Positions 51,261 through 64,000 of a stretch of 64,000 bases of DNA are shown here, piece after piece. The translations under genes and the position numbers were made by a program. The notes below the pieces were generated by a model that did not search any database, had not been told where the DNA came from, and saw nothing but the letters and a program-made list of their open reading frames with translations. The stretch is from Lingula anatina. Taxonomy: Eukaryota; Animalia; Brachiopoda. Each line of letters opens with the position of its first letter. The first letter of the stretch is position 1. The DNA lies in contig CM120641.1 in NCBI GenBank assembly GCA_051362555.1, forward strand, positions 4,402,001 to 4,466,000, given 5' to 3'.

Positions 51261-54200
51261 AGGGGCGGATCCAGAGATATTTTCTGACAGTCTTCCTAAT
51301 AATCTTTGTTGATCCATCCACTTTTTGACTGTCTTCCGACAGAAAAAATTAAATATCCGTCAATTTAAACTTGAAAATCTGACCGTCTTCCGGAAGACCC
51401 AGAAGACAGCTTCAATCCGCCCCTGTAATAATAACTCTATTCCTACCTGTCCAAATGTTCCAACATAATGACCATCCAGATTCCAGAGCCTAGCTGTCCT
51501 GTCAGTGGATGCTGTCAGAATAAAATGGAGGTCACTTGAATACTCCACATACTCTGTGCTAACAATGGCCGAGTCATGTGCTCTCCAGCCAGCCAATAGC
51601 GGGGGTCTATGCCTGATTCGCTAAAATAAAAACAAATCTTCAAGTTATGAAGTTCTTTATATTTAATTCATTATATTTCTATTTAGGGAAGGATGAAAAA
51701 TGCACTGATTGTATATATATAGGCAAAGACCATGTAGCTGCTACTAGGGATTGCACTTGTAACTGAGCTGATTTGAGGAACTCTACAAATTAACAAATCT
51801 CCAAATTAATACTTCATGTCAACACTAAGACACTGCACTATGAAAGCCATAAACAGCTGCATTTCACTCACCCTCTCCTCAGCCTTCAGGCAGTACTCTG
51901 AGATGTCCCAGACAGACACATGTCCCTGGGTGTCCCCTGTCACCAGAATACTGCTATCTGGATCTGAGCACATCCCCAAAACAGACTCATCAGGAAAGTC
52001 TGACGCATAGAATGAACCTAGAAGCAATGTTTATTTGCATGAATTATTACGTTTACTGGTATTTAAACCAAGTTACCGGCTTTCAGTTCTTTTAAAGAAA
52101 ACGTTTCACAAATTTGCCTTGTATACAGAACATAGGAAACGCTTATGTTTATTGTGTTAATATGCACTGCAACCTTATGTATGTATATGATTATCTATAA
52201 CCATAACTTACCCATAAAAAACAAAAAGCATTTAAAAATACCCTGAAAATTCAACAATAGGATAGAAACTGCATTTCTCAATTTCGACATAAAGAATATT
52301 CATTTAAACAAGGAAGGTAAATGGAAGCTAGAGAAACTTTGTTATTTGAAATTATCAGTATTTCCATACCAAATTCATGTTTCTTATTGTATATGCTCCA
52401 CCACCTGAGAACACCCGCCTCACTGGAGATAAGAAAGGCACAGTCCAGGTATTTGCCATGAGCACGATTGTGGAGGAATAGCAGCTTATCCACTGGGGCT
52501 GCTTGCCTGGAACGCAAATGGATGTATTATAATGTGGAATGGCCCTATATGTGATTTAAACTTGATTTCTATACAATTACGTAATCAATGTATACATGCG
52601 GACTAATAAAAACTTTAAAACATTCGTTAAAAATACTTTGATTTCTACTTAAGTCAACAAATTCTTCACAACTAACCAACTCTCCCTAAAATAGCTGCCT
52701 TGAAAATAATGCCTTACCCTTTGGCAGGTTTGTGTGATTTTCTATGTCTTGAGTTTGGTCTGCTTGGTGGCCGCTCTGGGTCTGGACTGATGTCAAACTC
52801 CTGCATTCTCTTGTCACTGTGCATAGAAAATGAAGAAACAATAAGGATTGTAAAAAATATATTACTGAAATTAATAAATTAAAATTCAAATATATTTATC
52901 CCTATAATTAATGAAAAAAATAAAACAAGAATTATACTGAAATATGTAGTTTTTCATTTAGCATATTTAAATTGTCTTAATAATCATTTCACATTCCTCT
53001 GTCACCACTATGTACTGGGTATCTTAAAAGGATACACAAAATATAAAGCGTTACACATTCTGTCTGATTATATTCTTCATCAAGCAAAGGCACTTACTAG
53101 TACAAGTATAATTCAAACTAATACATACATTTTGACAGGCTGTCCCTTTCTTAGCCTGAGAAACAGTTTGTCTGTGTCAGTGCTCCAGACCACTATCTCT
53201 CCATCAAATGTCCCAGTGGCCAGCAAGTTTGGTGGGCAGTAATCCACTGAGAGGATGTCTTCTTTGTGGACTTGACCACCTTTCCAGTTAGTTTCTGCCT
53301 TAATGTAGGTGTTCTGAAATTACAGTTGAATATTTCTGGTTATTTTTGCCAGATAAAACAAAAAAATGACATATTTAATTCAGAATTAAAGATTTATCAA
53401 TAAGTGCTTGTAATGATGGTTTCACAAATCTGTCAGCAAACAACGTCCCAATGTAAAGTACTTGCTGGTACCAGTACACAACATTCTGTCACAACCAATG
53501 CAATGTCTCAACTACCACAATATTGCAGGGCGGTCACCATGTCATGTACACAGTAAACTGTACTTACATCAGCATGAGAGTCATCATACAGAGTTATCAG
53601 CCTACTCCAGCCCACTGCCAAAATGATCCTCTTGTCACTGAAAGGAACAATGCCTGTCACCTCTGCCTCTGCTACTGCCTCCAGTTTGTGCAGGTTGTGG
53701 CCATTTTGGAAGTTCCATACCTAGAATGGAAAAAATCAGTGAGAGAAAAAATATTGTCACACACAGGAGTACTACATCTAAACATTAATTTTTCAAACAT
53801 AAAATATCTTAACATATAATTTACAATAAACTAGTGTTAATGCAATAAAACAGAATTATCATAGATCGATTGTGTGCATTCCAAATATAATAATTGAAGT
53901 CTGATCAAAATTGTTAGTACCTTGATAGTTCCATTTCTTGCTCCAGTAATTAGCCTTCTCATCTGTCCATCAAACACCATCGATGTTATCTCTTCCTCAC
54001 CGTGTGCATTACTTAGCATTAGAGCCTTGCTGCCTGTGTCTATATCCCAGGTAGCTATGGTAGAGTCATCAGAACCTGTCACAACCTAAAACACAATGCA
54101 CATGAGAGGGAGCTCACCTAACACATTTTTCATTTTTAGTCTAAGACAAACCATAAAATTAATCTGAATAACTAATGGTCAAAACAGACTTAATATTTTG

Positions 54201-54933
54201 TCTAAAAGTTACACCCAACATTTGTCTCAAGATATTTCATGAAACAGAATTCTCATATTATGACAATTTACATACATAGTTAGAAATCGTTGCAATATTT
54301 CAATCACGAGGATCATCTATCAGCATCAATTTTCATGCAATACACAATTAACATGTTACACTTAACTTTGAGTAACCATGTCTAAAACATAAAGCAAATG
54401 TCTGACAAACTCACTAAAGACAATATTGTTTACAAACAAAAAAAAAAACATACTTCAACTAAACACAATTCCATAGTTTCACCCACCTGTTTATAGAAGG
54501 TATTATATATTGCACAACACAGCTGTGTCTTATGTGTGGTGGGGTAGTTAGTCCTCTCGTTATACGACTGACCCAGCCTCAGCACTCCTATGTAGTCATT
54601 ACAGCTGACCACGAGGGCGTGGTGAGGGGGGTGCTGGAGACGGAGGGGAAAGGGACCATGCTCTGGGATACGCCCATGTACTGTGCTGGGGAACTTCATG
54701 ACCACAGTCTGCAGACAGGTGTGCTCTTTTAGATCCCACACCTTCACCACCTGGAGTGATATGATGAAGTTTTGTAAGCAAAGATATGTGCATTGACAGG
54801 ACCTTTCATATGTGTACAACTGTACCATAACATTCATGCGTTGTTCTATGTACTTGACAGCATGTTATAGATACAACAAGGTGTATGTATATTCTCAAGT
54901 TGGTGTGAGGTACTCTCTCTCTATCTCACACAT

Positions 54934-54964
<31 letters not shown>

Positions 54965-57900
54965 CACAATAGTATCCAACTTACATACGTAAAAATACCT
55001 AAAAATATTCAAGTATTGCCTGCATATATTAAACAAAATACATCACATCTGGGTCTTTGCTTTTGACACTAGCTGCAGTACAATAGTATACTTACAGCAT
55101 CCCTTGAATAACTGAAGAACTGCACCAGCTCTTCATGTATGACCACATCAATGACCCCAGTAGCATGTCCCTGCAGTATGGCCACTGGTTTACTGACTAC
55201 ATAGGGATTCCACACCCTCAGGACGTGATCAGCACTGCCAGTCACCAGGATGTTCAGGGTCTTGTTGTGGTCAAAACATTCAGCGCCCTACAATGTGAAA
55301 AATTATGCTATATTTCAGGAGTTTAGATAGGAATTTTTATTTAATTAGTCACATGCATGTGATAAAAGCTGCAGTACCAAAGGAAGTTGCCAAAATTCAC
55401 TATTTTATTTTACTGATCTCACTGTGTAACACATTTGGGATAATTCACCATCAGACAAAACTAAAATGGATTCTACCAAGTACAAACAAGCCATAGAATT
55501 TTAAATATCATGTTAAGCAATCAGGCTGTGCACTGACATCAACTGAATGAATTATGTTCACAAAAAAGATCTGTACAGCAAGTGTTTTAAGTGCTCACCT
55601 TATTCATTTTGAAAACATATGGCCTCTTCTTTTTCTGTATGTCCATGATGACTATAGAGTTCCTGGGGCTAGCACTAGAAGAGATGATACCATCATTGTC
55701 TGGGAGATACATTACTTTACGAATGATGTCAGGATGGATGTCTTCTATCACCTCTAGACAAACACACTTAGAGTGGAACATGAGATCCTGGAATTGTAAA
55801 AGGTTAAACAGGTTTTCATTTTGGATGAGATGAAAAAAATTTTTTTTCTTTCAACAGGCCTTTCTTCTTGTAAAATATGGAGGGGGGGGGGGGGGGTACT
55901 AATTAAAAATTTCCCCAGAAGACAACAAAATCCATAAAATCCATATCACAAAATGCATGAAAATGATGAGTAACAGGAGCAGCAGGATAACTAAGCTTAC
56001 CTTAAAGAATATCTTAGTAACTCCTTCAGAAGTGGTGTGTTGGAATGGTGTTTCAAACAGCTGTGTGATGGGTTTTTTAAAGTAAAACAAATAGATGGAG
56101 CCACTGTCCATGCCAGCAATCAGCAAGGAATCACCACTGGGATTCTTTGAAAAAAGTTAAATTCAAAGCATGGTTATTTACAAAAATATAAAATAAATTT
56201 GAAGTTTTGTAAAAGTTCTTAATCATCATAAATATAACAACCCTCTATGTTTGTGATTAAACTATACAATAACCAAAAAGAACAAGGAATTAGTCTTCAG
56301 TATTGCTGTACACATATTCCGGCCACTAGGTTTTGTCATGTATTGAACCAAGAAAATATATGTTTTACTCACTTTTCTATCAAACCAGTATGTCAAACAG
56401 TAGGGTACATCTGGTATTGCTGAAATAAAAAAGGACAATCATAGTAGTAATTTAAAATGGAATACATATGGTAGTCAGTGCATAAATTAATTCTTAGAAC
56501 ATTAGGAGTCAATTACACAGCTTGATATAATGATAAGTTACAATAGTTTTTAAGTTTCTTTACAAGTCATATCAGAAAATGGTTCATACAGACCACTATT
56601 TAGGAAACTTGTTTAAATCTTTATCAATATTTGGTTGATTGAAATTAAAGATATTGTTTAAGGAATAGCCTGTTCTTCACTGTTTACATTGCTCTGATAT
56701 TTTTTTTTGTTATCTAAAAATACATCATGAAACAATATTCTCTATTGAAAATAAACTTACAATATAAATGAAACTCTTCAAAATATTTTGACGTTGATGT
56801 GTCATAAAACCTCAGATCTCTGGAAGTTGATGCTATTGCAATTTTATTGGAGTTTGGCATGTATGCAGCATCTGTGACCCACATGCTAAAGCGGCGTTTC
56901 TGTCCACCAGCAGACGGTTCTTCTTGTGTCATGGTATGTGTGCCCGCCAGAGACAGGTTGGGTGTCCACACACTGATTGCGCCCTCCTACAATATATTTT
57001 AAAAATCAAGAAAAATATGATAATTATGACCTTAAACTCCTTAAATCTTATAAAAAAATTAAGTCTTGATTATATCAATACCAATATCCCCAAAGCTCGA
57101 CTGATCTTCCAACATACTGTAGCCTGCTAATTCAGGTTGCATGCCCCATGTCTAAGTTTACAGTCAGTTCAGGAAAGACTTTTTTAATAGATTGGGTTGT
57201 TGCGAAAAAAGAAATAATGAAAGTTTTTGGATACAAGTACTTAACAATTCTATGATAAGAATTCAACATGACCCAGATGCAACATATGAAAGTCATTTAA
57301 TTTTGAAAAAACACCAGCCAGAAATTTAAGTTATTCCAGATCTCCCAGAATCAGTCTCGTTTGAGGACTAAAACTATGTCCACCATAACATAAATCTGAA
57401 ACTTATTTGTAAGTACCATAGATCAATAACATTGAAAAGGAATCCTGTACACACTACATTTTGACAAAAAATGTCAAATAAGACATATTAGGACACTTAA
57501 GTCTATTGTTCAATAATGACAAACACATAATACACGAAGATTGTTTTCAGGTCTCCACCTCCCATTGATCTGTTTCAATTATGCATGAGTATACCTGGCA
57601 ATGCCCCAATGCAACGTGCCGTAAATAACATGTCTGAGTCATGTTTTGTTAGGAGATTAAACACACAACAGAACAACACATCAAACAGGTAGTTTTGCAA
57701 CAAAGAAGTTAATTAGTGCAGGTTACGTCAGGTGTGTAATGATACAATATTGTGTCACATGTTATGGAATACAACAAAGGATCCAACTACTGTATTGAAG
57801 AGATTACTACCTGAGTGAAAAAATGAAATTGATTTAGTATATCATATTAAGGGGTGTGGATTCAGAAAATTAAATCTATGTTAATGTAACAAGAGTCCTT

Positions 57901-60697
57901 TTACCCCCAGTATATACAAATAAAAGTTGTATACCAATAATTATAATAATAATAGTAATAATAATAATGGTAATAATAGCAATAATAAATTGTCTGTTTA
58001 TACTCAGTGTGTATACCTCACCTATGTCAGTATACCAAGTTTAAGAGAACAGATGAAACAAGTATTTATAGATGCAGGGGATTTTAACAAATATTTGAAA
58101 GGTGAGAGTTGAAAACTAATATCACTCTTACCTTGCTAATGGTTACAAATCTGACAGGGTTCTCTACTGCTACTATTCTGCATGTTGGTTCTTGCTGGAA
58201 AGAAATTTATAAAACAAGATTTACCGGTATGCCAAATTAATGAAAATGCATGAAAAGCTCTGCTAACATATGTGAACTTTTATTGCATTTAGTTTGCTCT
58301 CCTTGAATTATACAAAGCATGTGAAAAAATACTTCTAGTATTTAGATTCAGTAAATAGCTCACAGACAATTTCAAAATTCATACAAAATGAATATATAAA
58401 CTGAAGTAATCTAAACCAACAGAGACAACATAAGTAAAGATACGTAAGCACACAAACAGCCATGTAATGTACTAGTACACCCACCAGAAGAATATCAATA
58501 AGAAATAAAGAGTTACATGTACTTGGGATTTTATTTATTAAAAAAAACTGAACTGTTCACAAAATACTCACACATTTTCAAATAATATTTCAAAACTATT
58601 ATTATCAAACTAGCACACTTACTGCCTAATATCCCCAAGAAGGCAAAGTGTAAGGAAACGAAAATGTTAGATTCAGACACGTTTAAAACTATTTAGAAAA
58701 CAGAACTGTGTTCATAACTGTTGATTATTAAAAATCTTTTGAATAGTGTTGGTAAAATGAGATGTTTTTTTCAGATGTTTTTTTCAGTATTTCTTGAAAC
58801 TTCCATTAATATTTAATTCTATTCAACGTCTGATCTGAACATGACATGAGCTCAAATATCCAGATTATGCATTTATTGCTTTTATATAACTTGAAATGGC
58901 ATAAATGAAAAGACCAAAATAGCATTTGTATTCATTATAGTGTAATTTTACCCAGTGCAAAATTAGTGTATCATACAATGTTATTTCTAGTTGCTGATCA
59001 CACACCTAGATACATCCATAGAACTGATAATTCTGTCTTTAAGTGAACTGTCAACTGATCTATACCTCAATACATGCAAGTTCACTCAGATAAACAAGTT
59101 CACATTAATTCCCTTTTTGTAACCATAACACAACATGGTCAGGTTTCAAGGAAAATAATGAAACTAGTCAAAGCCATTAAACTCAGTAAGTGGTAACATA
59201 CTCCTGGCACCTTGCACTACATTTACATGTACATGTAGTTATAACTGGTTCATTTTACAAACCATAGGCATAGTAATAATGTTTGTCAATATGCTCGGGT
59301 ATATTTCAGTAAAATAATTTGTTTCTGAGTTTTTGAAGATATTGTAGTACATCTAAATAGCATTTTGTGAAAAAGGTATCCAACTTGTTAACTTAGAAAA
59401 GCTCTAAACAATATCAATGATCTTAAGTTTTTTAAATTATAAAACATATCAACTGACACATTTGACTTAGTGTTTTTTATATGATACTTAATGTATTCTA
59501 TACATATCTGAACTCATTTTTTACATGTCTTACTCTAAATATCTATAATTTCTTTCTAAAAGTTCTTACCCTGTTATGCAAGATATGGCGAATCTTTGGG
59601 TCGACCAAAAATGGGATGAGCTTCTTGGTTCTAAGATAATCATTTTCTCTGTATTTGAGCAGCATGTATGTGGCAAACTCTTCCCAGTCAACATAGCCAT
59701 CTGCTGAAGTGTCAAGCTGGAAAACCAAAAATGAAAGTCTTGTGTTAAAAAAAGTATTCATTTAAAATAGATTGTGCTTGATGTGACATCATCTAAATTC
59801 TTAGATGTGATATCTTGCAGAATGTGATGTTGTGTTAGCTGTGGCATTGTGTTAGTTGTGATATTGTGCTTGATGTCACACACTATCATAGGACTATGCC
59901 TAAAGTGACAATATGATTAATATGGAATATATTTAATGAGATTATGAAAGTGTGTTAGACATGATATTGTAAATTCAATCAGAATACCATACTAGAGGTA
60001 CAGACAGAGAGGGTTGTGTTCATTTACAATGCAGTATGATGTAGACATTCTATATATCTTATCACATTTACATACCTTGTGTGAAATCATATGAAGTTTA
60101 TATCTATTTCAAAGCAATGAATGTTATCAATTTGGCAGGTTTGTACATACTATCTTATTAATTTTTTAAAGCATATCTGATAATATTTTGCCAATTAATC
60201 TTGTACATGAACTACTGGTATGGTAATTGAGGCCTTATTAGGTCTCCAATAAAAAACAGCTTCCTTTATCGTGGATTTACAACATCTAAATTACTGCACT
60301 GATATTGAAATCTATTCATGTGTGTTTCTAAGATATCATACATCACTCCTGAAACTACTCTATGGAACTACTGGAATCTTGCTTAATATGTACTTACTTT
60401 GCTAAATAATTTTTCCAACTGGTCATCATATTCTCTGGTCTGCAGTGTATTTCCAATGGCCTCCTTGAATTCTTCCACATTTAGTGCCCCAGGCTCTCTG
60501 ATCTCGTAGGTGGTAGGTCTATAGGGAGAGTTAGACTCCACTGTGATAGGGGGAGGGTCATGGTTTTGAAAAAATCTCATCAATTGGTGAAGGTGCTGAA
60601 GCTTGAACTTCTGCTCCAACTTGAGATTCTCATCTTGGTTGAAACTGGAAGAATTAAAAATTTGAACTAGGTTTGTGTTTGTGACAGCTTCCTCCAT
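49064..60697 (-). CDS. EF-hand + WD40-repeat protein (WDR49/EFCAB8/WDY-like)
   Basis: 21 phase-consistent exons: 60697-60398, 59716-59570, 58194-58132, 56986-56761, 56419-56373, 56144-56001, 55787-55599, 55287-55096, 54750-54487, 54085-53921, 53720-53568, 53313-53129, 52816-52718, 52506-52370, 52017-51872, 51620-51447, 51128-51044, 50865-50603, 50258-50118, 49824-49678, 49215-49064. EF-hand LFSKLDTSADGYVDWEEFATYML. WD repeats e.g. VTGSADHVLRVWN, VTGSDDSTIATWD, LTASTDRTARLWN. Confidence 0.9.
51260..51425. mobile_element. hAT-like MITE, copy 2 (intron of the WD40 gene)
   Basis: TIRs CAGGGGCGGAT...ATCCGCCCCTG, flanked by TAATAATA on both sides (8-bp TSD, although within a (TAA)n run). Confidence 0.85.
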
Positions 60698-63600
60698 TAT
60701 TCAATTTGATCATCTGTGCTTCAATTATTTTGTTCCAATATCTTTTTTGAGCAACTCCAAGAAAATCTCTCTCAGTAGATTGTAATCCACTACATCTTTT
60801 TCAGTGACAAAGCCATCTATATTCCACTCTTGCCAGTTTGTATTTTCACAAAAATCCTCAAAGGCAGCTCATAGAATTTTCCACAAAGATTCAAATTCTG
60901 CCTGAAGCTTGAAGGTCCCTGCTTAAAGGTACGGAACTGCTAGATACATGAAGATCACTTGGCCTGAGAGGCAAAGGTTCCACTTAATGGTTTTAATAAT
61001 AAAACAGCCATAATCTCACTCCCTCACAGGTCAGACACACCAGGATTTCTTTTCAAACAATATCACACTAAACCTTTGCAAATTTAAAGCTTGATCTTTT
61101 ATGCAAATAAGGTTGCTAATATTAGTTGCTGCACTTCACAAACAATGTGACATGAATAAGAGCGATGCAGCAGCATTCATTGCCTATATTACCCTTGATA
61201 AATTCCCTGCCTGGCATTATAAATAAGGGATAAACTTAATACATTTTACCAGTAAAAGGTTATCTTAAATTTACACAATTGATGTTCAGGCTCTACTGAT
61301 GGGGGACACATTTTTGGACCATTGCAATTACGAGATATTTCATTAATTTTTTTCTAAGATAGGTTTTATTTAAAAGGAGACCACATTTTCTCATTGACAA
61401 GAGTTTTGATAAGTAAAATACAAGTAATATCATCATTTTCTCTGTATAATATTCCAAAAATCCATTCCATCTTTTTATTCATTCATTAATTTTTGCAATA
61501 TTATATTTTTATCAGTTCCAAAGACATAATACTGTATTGTTCTGAAGATTATCGCTAATAAGAACTGATTAGAGTTAATTGCTATGTAATATTCAGTATA
61601 GATCAAGATTATATAAAGATTTTAAAAAAGTAGATAAATAAGTTGTATAACCTATGACAATTAATCAAATGTTACCTATGACAAAAAAAAAAACTTTATA
61701 TTTTCTTTAAAGACTTGAAAGACATGGTATACTATGACTAAACCTCATTAAACATTAATCCCTACACAATACTTGATATGTTATAATGAAATATAGTACA
61801 TCAAACATGTCATTAAAAACACATATAAAATAAAGAAAATATCAAGCATGTCATAGAGTTTGACCACCCATCAACACATAAATCAAAGAAAGCCAATTTT
61901 TCTAATTACCTAAACTATTCATGGTTACATTATTGATCTGATTGATCAACATACCTTCCTAAATCCATACCTCATGGAGCAATTACTGAAAACAGTTGGA
62001 AAACTGCCCTAAAATTCCCCTCACTTCTCACCCCTTGTAACTCTTTTCCTACAGTTATATTATACTGGGCATATGGGTCACAGTTTAATTGAATCAGAGA
62101 AAGCTGATAAATTGTGTTCTATAAGATGTTTTTCATTGAATTGGTATCCAGGTGTGAGACTTGACTTATCTTTTATAAACAGGTCATTTGTGGATTTTAA
62201 TTGCAGCTCTTTCATTCATGCTGTATTTTATTGCATTAAGTTGCTGACTAGAAGTCGATCATTACTAGTAAAAAAAACATGGAAACTGCAGCAAAAATTA
62301 GCCAAGTTCTGACAAAAATGAGATTAACTGACATAAAGCTACCAAAATTAAAATAAAATTTCCTTTAGATTTTAATGCAGTGATCCTCAAAGAAAAAAGA
62401 AATTTGCAGACAACAGGTCTAAAACTAACAAATTTCAGTGAAGTATCTACAGTAGTGGTGTCTTTATTTCTGGCAATCTATATTACAGTAACTTAAAACC
62501 CCACTTATAATTGCTTTATTTGGAATTCAAAATTATGAAAATAGGATATTCCACTGTTGGTGAATATTTTAGGGTTATTTCCGCCTTAAGTTTAAAATAA
62601 ATCACATGACACCTTGAAATGTTTATCAGTTCTATATCAAAATCTGGTAAAATCTGCTTATTTACTGTGTGATCAAAGGTAAAAAACGATTTCAAATTAA
62701 CTCTTAAATATGCCATAAAAATTCTGAATTATTCTAAAAATTTATGTATAATGCAATAACTGTACCAGTACTTTCATTCATTACTTAACATCAGTGACAC
62801 TAAATAAGTCAAAACAAAGAAGCGTAATTTTTAATAATTTAAGTATGAATAAGATTCATTATTTAGCACTTTTTAAGTGTAGATTTATGATATTTGTTAT
62901 AGTATAATAAAAACCAAGAATATTTTAGTATCAAGTCATTACTAAGATATTTTTCTGTTGATTTTGCCACATTAGATACAAATACTTCCCAAGTGTCTCC
63001 CCATTGTAGAGAAATGAAAACCAGCAAAACATACTTAATGCTATTGATATCCAAACCAACATTTCAAAACAGAAAATTCAAATCTACCTTTCAATGAGAA
63101 CCTCAAGTAAATCTTCATAGTCACTAGCCATCGTAGAATACTCCTGCAGAACGAGTTACATCTATAACACTGGCATCTTGCCTCAGTTGTTTCTATTGTT
63201 AAAGTCATAGGACAAATCAATTGGATGTATTGATACTAAAATGATTCCCAAAGACCTCAACTTGCAAGTCCTTCATTCTGGCATTTCAAAAAAATCAATC
63301 AAATGCACCCAGCAGAAAAACATCAATTTGTTTAGATACGTTGGAAAAGAGTTTAAAGACTACTTTAATTGTTATCATTATGTTACAGGGGTAAATACAC
63401 ATACACATCAATGTTGTTTCAGGATATACAGTCACTTCAGGAAAATATATCAATATTGGGTGACACGTGAGAGCAATTTATGGTTGTTTTTCTACGATGG
63501 TAGTTCACCCGTGAGCAGTGAAAGTAACCTCAAGTCAAAGAGTAACTCTATTTAGTGGATCAGGAAACCTGTTAATTTGGTCCACTTTGGATAAATTTGT

Positions 63601-64000
63601 ACAGCTTTGGTATGTGCTGTGGATCAATATGTTTACTGCAAAAAATGTTTAATTCTACTACGTCATTGAGCTTCAAAACAGATGATAAATGGAGAGAGAG
63701 AGAGTGAGAGTCTAAGAGAGAATCTTTTGTCCAATACTAATGATAGAAACAGAATATACCTAGTAAGTAACTATTAACAAAAAGCGCAACTTGCAATTTA
63801 CAAATAAAGAAACTGATTCTTAAGAACAAAAACATAATATTTAGGTTATTGCAAATAGCTTATTGTCAGAATTTTTTAGGTTTATTTGCTAAACATGTAG
63901 CCTAGAGAGTTAAATATCACTCTCTGACAAACAAAACAAAACCATTAACCCTTCTTTGAGCAGCTTTTTTTTTTCATTTTATTGTGCTTTGTTTTTAGGA

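Noticed and set aside
59770-59900. Degenerate ~17-bp tandem repeats as a CRISPR-like array
   Set aside because: No unique spacers and no cas genes in a eukaryotic intron. It is a decayed minisatellite.
60724-60910. Protein-like frame with internal TGA (…WKIL*AAFEDFCEN…) suggesting selenocysteine or read-through
   Set aside because: Also bounded by an in-frame TAA, with no recognisable domain or SECIS. Most likely 5'UTR.

Overview
AT-rich, intron-rich eukaryotic (animal, most likely lophotrochozoan invertebrate) genomic DNA. There are no prokaryotic features. Eight protein-coding genes can be assembled from GT-AG splice sites: (1) the 3' part of usherin/USH2A (+, ends FTDTHL*); (2) a 12-finger C2H2 zinc-finger gene made of two duplicated 6-finger arrays (-); (3) a 912-aa CARD-SH3(degenerate)-SH2(degenerate)-Tec-type tyrosine kinase encoded by a single coding exon (-); (4-5) two tandem trypsin-family serine proteases with substituted Gly193, one with a 42-aa stretch in the 220-loop (-); (6) a divergently transcribed SRCR-LDLa-SRCR-trypsin protease (+); (7) a CXorf65/C22orf15-like (DUF4732) gene (-); (8) a 21-exon EF-hand + WD40 gene of the WDR49/EFCAB8/WDY type (-). 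There are also several MITEs and microsatellites. The most interesting signals are the CARD-Tec kinase fusion and clustered NF-kB/IRF/ATF motifs beside it and in the protease cluster, one of them in IFN-beta-enhanceosome-like order. Together they suggest a candidate inducible innate-immune locus. All family assignments come from motif recognition, not database searches.
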